A stretch of 64,000 nt of DNA from a virus (Duplodnaviria > Caudoviricetes): IMG/VR virus record IMGVR_UViG_3300043447_000395, positions 32,001 through 96,000 of that record; one strand, given 5' to 3'. This document shows positions 40,744 to 49,865 of this stretch, piece by piece. The position numbers and the translations under genes were made by a program. The notes below the pieces were generated by a model. The model ran no database searches. It was given only the letters and a program-made list of their open reading frames with translations, and was not told the origin of the DNA. Position 1 is the stretch's first letter, and each line of letters begins with the position of its first letter.

Positions 40744-43700
40744 TTAACTAATTGTTATTGTTATTGTGTCACTATATGTGAATGGACTTGCAACGGTAAC
40801 TGTTTGTAATGCGGTTGGGATAAGAAGGAAACCTTGAGGGTCCAAGAAAAACGCACCGCTACCACCTACGTAAGTTGCTGTATTACCATTTTGAGTAACG
40901 TTTATTGTACCACCATTCGTTTGTAAATTTGTAAATTGTGTTGTATAGTCTGTACCTGCATTATTCTTTTTATTGAACATAACATATTGAGCAACACCAT
41001 TATTTGGGTTATATGTTGATATTGGTGGTCCACCAACATTAGTATAGAATAATGCCTGACCATCCGATGATGCTGGCATTGTTACATTACTACCCGATGC
41101 CACATAGAAATTCCATCCAGCACTTACCGCACCTGTTGAAGGTGTTGGTGTTGGTGTTGGTGCTATACCTCCTACCACAACATCAATTGAACCTCCTGAC
41201 CATGTGTAAGTATATGTTCCCTCAGTTAATCCTAATGCCGATAATGATGTATTATTAAATGTTTGAGTACTTGAAATATTAGCACCTGATGTATATCCTG
41301 ATGGTACAATCAATAAATATGGTGGTGTCATATCAATCATCACACCAAACGCTTGACCAGTACCTGAACTATTTCCTAATCCAGAACCACTTCCAAAATT
41401 ACTTGGTACAGATGTGAATCCACTATATGAACTACCTGATGAACCACTAGCACCACAAACAAATGTTGCGTTGCTAATACCTAAACCTCCATTTCCAAAT
41501 GGTCCAACACTAGCAGATACTAAAGTTAAACCACTAAGGTCAACTGTTCCTGATGCAGACATAACAACATTCGAACCTGAATTACTAATTGTAACAACCA
41601 TTGGTGCCGAAGTTGATAGTGTACTACTTGGTGTAGGAGTTGGGGTTGGTGTTCCAGTGTTGGTTGGTGTTACTGTATTTGTTGGGGTTACTGTAGGGGT
41701 TACCGTATTTGTTGGTGTTACTGTAGGTGTAGGGGTTGCAGTTGGACTTACTGGTGCGTTTGTTATAGCCTCAATAAATGCAGTATCTCCTGTAACAGTT
41801 ACACCTATATTATTTGCACCTTGTACTAATGGTGCAACTCCAGTACCAACGAAACTAAAGAAGTCACCATCAACACATATAATATTATATTCTCGTCCTT
41901 TAACTACATTAACAGTTGTTGATGTGGTATATAGAGTACCATTAAAGGTAATACCTGATATTTCTGGTATAACACTAATTTCCAACGGAACAATGTATTG
42001 TGTCGATGGTGTTACTGTAGGTGTTGGGGTTGTTGTTGGTGTATTTGTTGGAGTTGATGTAGGTGTTGATGTTGGTGTTGGGTTTACACAACTAGGTACA
42101 TCAAAAATCATATTGTTTATAATTTCTACAACTGTAAAACCATCATTACTATCATTAAGAACATAATATCCATCAGTTAGTGATACGGTTGTATTTGAGT
42201 TGTTGCTAGAATAAACCGTGTCAAGCACAGTTGGCGTTTGGTTATTTACATAAACAAAAGGTCCCATAGTAATACTACAACTATAGCTAGATAAACACTC
42301 AACAGCTTGACATGCTAATGATAAATCATAACCAAATGTACCTGTTACAGTTGTTTCGTGGGCAATTTGAAATTGATATGGATGAAGTACTGATGTTGCT
42401 GACGGTGTAGGTGTCGGTGTTTCAGTATTTGTTGGTGTAGGTGTCGGTGTTTCAGTATTTGTTGGTGTAGGGGTTGGGGTAGGAGTTGAACCTGCAAATC
42501 CATAACCTTCTTTAGAACTGTTAAAATCAGTTAAAATATCATCAGTTGACCTACAGTTATCATAAACTTTAAGTGAACCAAGAACTAACCCTACGTTACT
42601 GTTAGTATAGAAATCTTTTGAAATATTCACCGTACCATTAGGGATACTAAGATTGTTGTTAGCTCCTGAGTTACTTGCTCCAACTATCTCACCATTAACC
42701 ATATAAGTTAATGATGTTCCTCCTTGCGCAACAACAAGATGATACCAAGTATCATTTTGGAATTGAGAATTTAAATAAACGGTTTGATCCGAAACGTTAT
42801 ATTTAACAAAATTTAATGCGGTTCCGCTATTATCAATTCTAAATGCCCATCCACCATTATTATTACCACCAGCAGCCAATAATGACATATTACTAGGTAT
42901 TGATGGTATTTTAACCCACATTTCAATTGTGAACGAGTTTACAATTTGATTGTATTGGGTTGTTGATATTGCCGAAGCATAACTACCACCACCTGTGAAT
43001 GTATAACCTGTTACACCATTAGTCCAAGGATTTGAACCTGTGTAAGTGAAGTCATTATTGAATGGTGATAAATCTATTAAGTTGTTACTTGCATTAATAC
43101 CTGTAGTATAATCTAACCAAGTAATTAATCCATTAGGACCATCTGTACCGTTAGGTGAAAATTGTGTCAATGGAACCGAACTTGGTGTAGGGGTTGGTGT
43201 AGGGGTTGGTGTTGGTGTTACTCCACCAGGTGCCGCAACGTTACTATTTGATGTTGCAGGTGTAGTTGTAGTCCAAGGACTTGATAAATTACATCCCTCC
43301 CAACTTGAAATAATAACTATTTGATCATCAAATTCATTATTATAAATTATCGTAACATCTCCAGTAACTTGATCATTTGAGTTATTAACCGCATACCATA
43401 TTTCAGCTTGTTGACCACAGTTACTATTAGGGTCTAAATATTTTTTTCTTAATGTCCATGTTAATCCTAAACCATTAATACTTGTGATACTACGTGGGAC
43501 ACCTGTGTTTCCACCACTCTCCACTCCCGAAGCAATTACAATTACCGTGTTCGCAGCAGCAGTGAAGTTAAATTGTGAATTGTATGTTGTTGACGCTTCG
43601 AAACTATCGTAGTTTTGTAATGTGGGTGACGAAGTATCTCCAACCAATGCATCACCAATTACTGTGATTCCTCTGGAATCATCATCAAAAGCATCAAAAG

Positions 43701-43992
43701 AAGCGTCCCCCTCAACTGCTAAATTAGTTTGTGGTGTTGTAAATTGTTTGTATGAAAGATATCCATATTGCCAATATTGAGCACCTCCATTTTGACGATT
43801 GGTTACAGGGGTCCAGTCAACAGCATAACCTGGTGAATCGTCAAAACTAAAAGGTATAGCAGCAAAAACAATACCTGTGGTATTGCTTTCGGCAACTGAC
43901 ATATTTAATTTCCAAGTTCCTACACCATATGGGTTTGTTCCACCTCCACCTGAGGTACCCATACCAAAACCATTACTAAAAGTTATCGACAT
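40744..43992 (-). CDS. Multidomain adhesin-like protein with a LamG domain and Pro-Thr linkers
   Basis: SFTIEMWVK..WYHLVV..MVNG LamG signature; five PT-rich linkers. Confidence 0.72.
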   Translation of the reverse strand: MSITFSNGFGMGTSGGGGTNPYGVGTWKLNMSVAESNTTGIVFAAIPFSFDDSPGYAVDWTPVTNRQNGGAQYWQYGYLSYKQFTTPQTNLAVEGDASFDAFDDDSRGITVIGDALVGDTSSPTLQNYDSFEASTTYNSQFNFTAAANTVIVIASGVESGGNTGVPRSITSINGLGLTWTLRKKYLDPNSNCGQQAEIWYAVNNSNDQVTGDVTIIYNNEFDDQIVIISSWEGCNLSSPWTTTTPATSNSNVAAPGGVTPTPTPTPTPTPSSVPLTQFSPNGTDGPNGLITWLDYTTGINASNNLIDLSPFNNDFTYTGSNPWTNGVTGYTFTGGGSYASAISTTQYNQIVNSFTIEMWVKIPSIPSNMSLLAAGGNNNGGWAFRIDNSGTALNFVKYNVSDQTVYLNSQFQNDTWYHLVVAQGGTSLTYMVNGEIVGASNSGANNNLSIPNGTVNISKDFYTNSNVGLVLGSLKVYDNCRSTDDILTDFNSSKEGYGFAGSTPTPTPTPTNTETPTPTPTNTETPTPTPSATSVLHPYQFQIAHETTVTGTFGYDLSLACQAVECLSSYSCSITMGPFVYVNNQTPTVLDTVYSSNNSNTTVSLTDGYYVLNDSNDGFTVVEIINNMIFDVPSCVNPTPTSTPTSTPTNTPTTTPTPTVTPSTQYIVPLEISVIPEISGITFNGTLYTTSTTVNVVKGREYNIICVDGDFFSFVGTGVAPLVQGANNIGVTVTGDTAFIEAITNAPVSPTATPTPTVTPTNTVTPTVTPTNTVTPTNTGTPTPTPTPSSTLSTSAPMVVTISNSGSNVVMSASGTVDLSGLTLVSASVGPFGNGGLGISNATFVCGASGSSGSSYSGFTSVPSNFGSGSGLGNSSGTGQAFGVMIDMTPPYLLIVPSGYTSGANISSTQTFNNTSLSALGLTEGTYTYTWSGGSIDVVVGGIAPTPTPTPSTGAVSAGWNFYVASGSNVTMPASSDGQALFYTNVGGPPISTYNPNNGVAQYVMFNKKNNAGTDYTTQFTNLQTNGGTINVTQNGNTATYVGGSGAFFLDPQGFLLIPTALQTVTVASPFTYSDTITITIS
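42404..42471. repeat. Exact 30-bp tandem repeat encoding TNTETPTPTP
   Basis: ggtgtaggtgtcggtgtttcagtatttgtt twice, plus a partial copy. Confidence 0.85.
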
Positions 43993-44004
43993 TTTATATT
44001 TTTT

Positions 44005-44030
44005 AAAAAGGGGAGACTTGCCCCCCCCTT
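44005..44030 (-). terminator. Intrinsic terminator
   Basis: Minus strand AAGGGGGGGGCAAGTCTCCCCTTTTT, directly after the stop of 44041..47307. Confidence 0.7.
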
Positions 44031-44040
44031 AATTTATTTT

Positions 44041-47000
44041 TTAATATGTTCCTCCGTCAATTAGACTTGAGAACTCTAACAGTCCTGTTAGTTCATTGTA
44101 TCCTAACAATCTATCAGTTACGTTTCCTGTATCTGTTGTACCAACAAATCCTAACACATTTGAATCGTTTCTAAATACGATGTATGATGAGTATTCACCA
44201 TTATCTGTTGAACCAACTCCTTCAATTGTGAAGTTTCCGTTAATTAACATGTTACCATTATCAGAATCTACGGTAAATTTATTAGTATTTAAAGCCAATG
44301 TTGTATCTAAATACGTTAATAAACTATCAGAGATATGGTCATCACCAGTTGCAATTGGGAAGTGACCTACCGATAATGTAGTCTCATCACCTAAAGAACC
44401 TGTGTTTAATGGGCCTGAAATCAAACGAGCTGAAGCCACAGAACCTAAATGATCAGGATGTGAGTAAATCCAAACGTTGTTTGTTGAATCCCAAAGTAAT
44501 GAACCTGTAACACCCGCATTTGAACCTGAATCATAAACCGCTAAACCTGCAAATCTTTCGAAAGGTGCGTATGTGTTTAAGTTGATAATGTTTGTTCCGA
44601 TGTCAACTTGAGAAGCTGAGATGTGAACAACACTACCTGAACCTAAGATTGATAAGTTTCCTGACACATATAAATCATTATGAATGTGTGTAGGTCCGTA
44701 AGTATCGAATGAACCAGAGATTGAAATACTACCAGTAATTCCAACCTGAACATTTTCAAAACTTAAATTACCTAAATTATCTAAACTAACTTTATGAGTT
44801 AATTCAGAAGATACGTCGTAGGTTTCTAAACTAATACCTGATTGTTGTACTTTTAATCTGTTAGTACCGTTTTCACTATTGTCAGCGTAAATCTCAACAT
44901 AATCAGAATTATCACTATGAATATAAACGTTACCATCAGCACCTAAATCTAAATTTCCACCATCAAAACCATATATGTAGTTTGTATATAATGTATTACC
45001 ATCATTAAAATACATGCTATTTGATGTGTAAACACTACTACCAAATCTAATACTACCACAATCATTGAATATAACTAATTGATCATCATTTGTATCATAA
45101 TAGATGTCACCACATTGACCGTTGAAATAAACGTGACCCTCATTCATTTCAATATGAGAACCGTTGTCTAATGTTAAGTTACTGTTGTTCGCAACTAAAG
45201 ATGAGTTAAATAAACCTGAACCGTCCGATACTATTAATGAACCTGTGATTGTCGCTCCACTTGATAAGTTCGCAAAACTACCAGTAAATCCACCTGGTAT
45301 TGTTAAATTACCATCAACGTCAAATGACATTGTTTTTGATGAACCGTTATAATCTGTTACTAACTCAATAGGATCAGTCGAACTGTAGTTTCTTAATGCG
45401 AACGTATCATTAGCATATAATCTAAGATCATCACCAGCAGTTATAGTTACATCGTTGTCAGCTTCAAAAGTCATATCGCTACTTGAGCTCATGTAGATGT
45501 CATTACCATCATGTGTATATAACTCGAATGAACCCGATGTGTTTATATTTACATCATTGTTTGTGTTCATTGTAAATCCATTAGATTCACTATATGTAAA
45601 TCCTGAATAATCAACCAATGAACCTGAAGCTCCTACTGTTACAACTCTTCCTTCTGTTAAACCATCGAACGCAATTGAGTTCAATGAAATATTTGTAAAG
45701 TGTGCATTTTCAGCCCAAACATTATTCCATGTTTGACCTGAACTACCTAAATCAAATGATGAACCTGTTTGAGGTAAGATAGAAGAACTAACTTCACCAT
45801 TGAAGTTAATTGTGTCTCCTGTGTAATCACCTAAGTTGATACTACCACTGAATACAATGTCACCTGTTACTCTTAATGAACCTGTCACATTAACAGTTCC
45901 ACCTTCAGCCCATAATGAAATGTCACCAGCAGATGCTAATTCAACATATGGAGCACCGTCGGCACCATTACCGTTTAATGCCAAATAATTCCATTGTTCT
46001 GTAGTTCCTCTTAAGTAATCCGTTTGAACATCACCACCATCTTGAACAATTAAGTTTGAACCACTTGTCAATAACATGTTACTGTTCTGAGCAACTAAAC
46101 CACTGTCAAATGTTGCTGAACCATTGGATACTACTAAAGCACCTGTTACTGAAGTATTACCATTTATATTTAATGATGAACTTACAAATACTCCGTTTAC
46201 ACCAACAAGTGAAACAGTTTGTAAAGAATCGTCAATTTTTAAGTAATTGGTGTCATCACCAAAGAAACTATATCCACCACTTGCTTTAATGTGTGTATCA
46301 CCTAAACCAGTGTTATATATTTCAAAATATCTAACATCTCCTTGGTCAGGTTGTAAATAAAGTGAACCAGTACCTTCGATTTTTGTTGCAAATAATGAAC
46401 CTGTTAATTCAACATCACCATTAATATATAATTTGTTTCCGGCACCATTTAATGCGTAAACATCACCAGTAGTCGCATCGGTGTTTAAGTTTACTACTCC
46501 ACCATCATATGATGCAACATTTGTATTTCCACCACCTTCAGCCCATAACCAAAGGTTTCCGCCACCATCCGCAGTAACATCCAAACTATTTTGGTCTGAA
46601 TATATTCCAACGTATCCATCACTATTAGCAGTAAGGTAACTACCATTACCACCAGACATTTGAACACCGTTTGTTGAATCTTGAAGGTATAATTTACCGT
46701 CGTTGTAGATTTCAGACCCTGTGTTGTCACCAACATATATTGTTCCCGTTACATAAAGATTGTCTGTTGTTGAAATTTTTGTATTAACTTGTAATCCAAA
46801 ATCAGGTGAAATAGATGCAGTTGCACTACCACTAACAATTCTTGATAAATCAAGGTTTGTTACTCCTGACGCTGGAATGTTTGTCAAACCACTCGCATCT
46901 CCAACAAACGAACCTGTAAAAAACGACGCAGTTACGTTAGTTGATTGTAAGTCATTAATTGTTACACCTGAGATAGTATTACCTTCGATGTTACCCGTTA

Positions 47001-47307
47001 AATCAATCTGACTATTTCCAACGTTACTGTTGTTCAATATGTAGAGGGATTTGTTAGAACTAGCATAGAATGGAGTACCATCTAAAGTTGTGCCGTAAGT
47101 TGATGCTACTAAGTTAGGAGCCTCACTACCAGCATAAAGTTTTGAAGCTGGTGAGTATAATCCTGAACCTTCATCTGTACCAATAAAAACGAAAGGACCA
47201 TTTAAATTACCGACTGAACCAGTCGCCATGATCAATTCACCTTTACGTGATGTTGAGTTTTTTACGGAATCTATCGAACCTCTTCTGTGTTTGATAATTT
47301 GTGCCAT
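44041..47307 (-). CDS. Tail-fibre-like structural protein
   Basis: MAQIIKHRRGS..GEL N-terminus, beta-repeat TGS modules shared with neighbours, IDGGTY C-terminus. Confidence 0.7.
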   Translation of the reverse strand: MAQIIKHRRGSIDSVKNSTSRKGELIMATGSVGNLNGPFVFIGTDEGSGLYSPASKLYAGSEAPNLVASTYGTTLDGTPFYASSNKSLYILNNSNVGNSQIDLTGNIEGNTISGVTINDLQSTNVTASFFTGSFVGDASGLTNIPASGVTNLDLSRIVSGSATASISPDFGLQVNTKISTTDNLYVTGTIYVGDNTGSEIYNDGKLYLQDSTNGVQMSGGNGSYLTANSDGYVGIYSDQNSLDVTADGGGNLWLWAEGGGNTNVASYDGGVVNLNTDATTGDVYALNGAGNKLYINGDVELTGSLFATKIEGTGSLYLQPDQGDVRYFEIYNTGLGDTHIKASGGYSFFGDDTNYLKIDDSLQTVSLVGVNGVFVSSSLNINGNTSVTGALVVSNGSATFDSGLVAQNSNMLLTSGSNLIVQDGGDVQTDYLRGTTEQWNYLALNGNGADGAPYVELASAGDISLWAEGGTVNVTGSLRVTGDIVFSGSINLGDYTGDTINFNGEVSSSILPQTGSSFDLGSSGQTWNNVWAENAHFTNISLNSIAFDGLTEGRVVTVGASGSLVDYSGFTYSESNGFTMNTNNDVNINTSGSFELYTHDGNDIYMSSSSDMTFEADNDVTITAGDDLRLYANDTFALRNYSSTDPIELVTDYNGSSKTMSFDVDGNLTIPGGFTGSFANLSSGATITGSLIVSDGSGLFNSSLVANNSNLTLDNGSHIEMNEGHVYFNGQCGDIYYDTNDDQLVIFNDCGSIRFGSSVYTSNSMYFNDGNTLYTNYIYGFDGGNLDLGADGNVYIHSDNSDYVEIYADNSENGTNRLKVQQSGISLETYDVSSELTHKVSLDNLGNLSFENVQVGITGSISISGSFDTYGPTHIHNDLYVSGNLSILGSGSVVHISASQVDIGTNIINLNTYAPFERFAGLAVYDSGSNAGVTGSLLWDSTNNVWIYSHPDHLGSVASARLISGPLNTGSLGDETTLSVGHFPIATGDDHISDSLLTYLDTTLALNTNKFTVDSDNGNMLINGNFTIEGVGSTDNGEYSSYIVFRNDSNVLGFVGTTDTGNVTDRLLGYNELTGLLEFSSLIDGGTY

Positions 47308-47329
47308 ATTTCTTTTTGTTTGTGTTTGT

Positions 47330-47337
47330 TATAAATA
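47330..47337 (-). promoter_or_regulatory. TATTTATA putative late-promoter motif
   Basis: About 23 nt upstream of the start at 47307. Confidence 0.55.
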
Positions 47338-47379
47338 TCTTGACTTTTTTCTATCTCAATATCTTATCATTTATTTTTT

Positions 47380-49203
47380 TTAAAAAAATCCGTCTCCACA
47401 GTCAATTATCGTAAATGTCGACATATTACTTCTATCACCTAACGTACCTAAATTTTGTATGGTCATTGATGCCGACTTGATTTGTTGTCCAATCTGATTT
47501 TTTAATATACTCATTGCTCCTGATATGATTAATGAATCTGCATCAATATCATTCATTTGAACCAATGTTGTAGTACCTTCAACTCTTAGGTCACCTTTGA
47601 TGACCATAGAACCGGTTGTATATATTGAACCTGTGAAATTGTGTGTGTCGTCTTGTGTATCACCGAATGATGTTGAACCACTCGCATATTGAGTGGTCAT
47701 ATTTGTCACCGATGATGAAATGATTAACTGTTTTGCGGTAATAGTACCATCAACAGTTAAATTGTTTGAGATGAAAGCCGAACCTGTAACATTTAAATTA
47801 CTACCATCGAAAGACATGTTGCTTTCAACTGTGGCATATGGTTTAACACCATTTAATGTTATAATACCATTATCTGTATCACCTGAAAGTGTTAGAGAAC
47901 CTGGTATACCGATTGGTGTAATTGTAAATAAATCACCATCATTTGGGTCTATTCCGTTTGATGTTAATTGTACTACTGTAAATTTCTCAAATCCGAATTC
48001 GTACGGAGTTACTTGAGTAATTTGTAAAAACTTGTATGTTGTTGCGTCGTTAAGATTAACAACTTTTAAAACTGTACCTACTTGGATTGAATCTAAATAA
48101 GCCCCAATTGATGCTCCGTTCAAATCCTCAGGTCTATCGTTAATTACTATTTCGGTTGGCGAACTACCCCATGAACCTGCGTTCATTGCAAAGTAGTTAT
48201 TACCCGGATTTACCGATGTATCTGTTGTTGCCTTAAATTTCCATTTTGCAAAGTGACCTTCTTGTCCTGATGTACCTGATGTACCACTGGTACCCGCAGT
48301 TCCTGATGAACCACTTGTTCCACTTGAACCGTCACTACCTGATGTACCATCGATACCTGATGTACCTGATGTACCACTAGAACCGTCACTACCTGAAGTA
48401 CCGCTAGAACCTGACGTTCCACTTTCACCTGATGTTCCTGAAGTTCCATCACTACCTGATGTACCACTTGTACCGCTAGTACCACTAGAACCATCACTAC
48501 CTGACGTTCCACTTTCACCTGAAGAACCACTCGTACCACTAGTACCTGTACTTCCCGATGAACCACTTGTTCCTGATGAACCATCACTACCTGATGTACC
48601 ACTAGAACCTGACGTACCTGATAATCCTGAAGACCCACTTGTTCCTGATGAACCGCTCGTACCTGATGAACCATCACCACCAGCAGCACCACCTAAGTTA
48701 ACTTCCCAAAAGGAACGACTATTAGAACCTACTACATTTGTTACATAAACACTAAGTGCACCTGTTAGATCATCATATGTTATTACATCACCATCAATAT
48801 AATTTGTTCTATTGAACGCAATTAATATTTTATGAGCAACAATGTATGATAAACCAATACCAACGTTTAATGATATCGTTTGTCCACTTGTTAATGTTGA
48901 TAAATTAAATGTGTCGGATGATTCAGTTTTAAATCTGTCTCCACTATTTCCACTCGAACCAGACGTTCCACTTGAACCTGACGCACCTGAAGTACCGCTA
49001 GTTCCTGAAGATCCTGCGGGTCCCATTCCACCACCCCCTGTACCACCAGTGGCAATCAAATCGGATAAACTTGTACCTGATAGGTACAAATTGTTCGCGT
49101 AGACCGCTTCAAGTGGGGTTTCTGGTGAACCTAAATTGATAATTGAGCCCGAAGGAACGTTTTCGGTATCAACTTGGGTCCAATTAATTTTTTGTAAAGC
49201 CAT
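47380..49203 (-). CDS. Fibre-like structural protein with GTS tracts
   Basis: GTS tracts; the NGIITLNG..ATVESNMSFDGSNLNVTGS module is shared with 30037..32571; IDCGDGFF end. Confidence 0.68.
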   Translation of the reverse strand: MALQKINWTQVDTENVPSGSIINLGSPETPLEAVYANNLYLSGTSLSDLIATGGTGGGGMGPAGSSGTSGTSGASGSSGTSGSSGNSGDRFKTESSDTFNLSTLTSGQTISLNVGIGLSYIVAHKILIAFNRTNYIDGDVITYDDLTGALSVYVTNVVGSNSRSFWEVNLGGAAGGDGSSGTSGSSGTSGSSGLSGTSGSSGTSGSDGSSGTSGSSGSTGTSGTSGSSGESGTSGSDGSSGTSGTSGTSGSDGTSGTSGESGTSGSSGTSGSDGSSGTSGTSGIDGTSGSDGSSGTSGSSGTAGTSGTSGTSGQEGHFAKWKFKATTDTSVNPGNNYFAMNAGSWGSSPTEIVINDRPEDLNGASIGAYLDSIQVGTVLKVVNLNDATTYKFLQITQVTPYEFGFEKFTVVQLTSNGIDPNDGDLFTITPIGIPGSLTLSGDTDNGIITLNGVKPYATVESNMSFDGSNLNVTGSAFISNNLTVDGTITAKQLIISSSVTNMTTQYASGSTSFGDTQDDTHNFTGSIYTTGSMVIKGDLRVEGTTTLVQMNDIDADSLIISGAMSILKNQIGQQIKSASMTIQNLGTLGDRSNMSTFTIIDCGDGFF

Positions 49204-49230
49204 GTAAAAGTAAAGTCTTTTACATAAATA
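49202..49230 (-). promoter_or_regulatory. TATTTATG motif overlapping a 9-bp hairpin that covers the start codon
   Basis: ATGTAAAAG-N6-CTTTTACAT at 49202-49225; motif at 49223-49230. Confidence 0.55.
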
Positions 49231-49253
49231 CTTTTATTTCGATATATTACATT

Positions 49254-49282
49254 AAAAAAGGGATTTTTTTTTAAATCCCTTT
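49254..49282 (-). terminator. Intrinsic terminator
   Basis: AAAGGGATTT / AAATCCCTTT stem with a U run, after the glutaredoxin stop. Confidence 0.75.
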
Positions 49283-49285
49283 CAA

Positions 49286-49555
49286 TTAAATGTACATTTT
49301 GATTTTTTCGATTAAATCATCTCTGTCTTTGTAGTCTCTTTCAGGTACAAAGATTGGTCCCTCGTCTCCTCCGGCAATACTGATATACACACTTGGGAGT
49401 GAATTATAACCTGTTTGTTTAACCACTGAATTCCAAATTTTTTTATTAGACTCAACTTCAATTTCAGTAAAAGTTATGTTTAAATTTTTTAATTCTTTTT
49501 TTAAATCAACACAATGACTGCAACCATTTAATGTGAACACAATAATCTCGTTCAT
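49286..49555 (-). CDS. Glutaredoxin-like protein
   Basis: FTLNGCSHC, TGYNSLPSVYI. Confidence 0.8.
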   Translation of the reverse strand: MNEIIVFTLNGCSHCVDLKKELKNLNITFTEIEVESNKKIWNSVVKQTGYNSLPSVYISIAGGDEGPIFVPERDYKDRDDLIEKIKMYI

Positions 49556-49556
49556 A

Positions 49557-49862
49557 TTATAATTTATTTAGAACTTCTTTATAATGATTATCGGATTGTA
49601 CTCCTTGTGTTCTATCAACTAATTTATCACCATTAAAAATCATAACGGTTGGAACTGAACGAATTCCCATATCTAAAGATGTGTCCATATTCTCATCAAC
49701 ATCAATTTTGATAAATTTAACGTCAGGATATTCCTTCTCAATTTGTTCCAATCTTGGGATTAGGGTCTTACAAGGTCCACACCATTTAGCCCAAAAATCA
49801 ACTACCAATTTATTTCCTTGTGATTGTAATTCTTTAAATCTTTCTGTTGTTACGTTTTCCAT
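49557..49862 (-). CDS. trxA: Thioredoxin
   Basis: VDFWAKWCGPCK, IRSVPT. Confidence 0.93.
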   Translation of the reverse strand: MENVTTERFKELQSQGNKLVVDFWAKWCGPCKTLIPRLEQIEKEYPDVKFIKIDVDENMDTSLDMGIRSVPTVMIFNGDKLVDRTQGVQSDNHYKEVLNKL

Positions 49863-49865
49863 TTT

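Noticed and set aside
30431-48692. Long antisense and alternate-frame ORFs (VPEVPLVP..., VVQVLQE...) over the fibre genes
   Set aside because: Gly/Thr/Ser codon repeats are stop-poor in other frames, so these are shadow ORFs confined to the repeat tracts
30037-49203. Diversity-generating retroelement acting on fibre genes
   Set aside because: There is no reverse transcriptase in the window, the duplicated patches are all in-frame coding modules, and I saw no adenine-specific mismatch pattern
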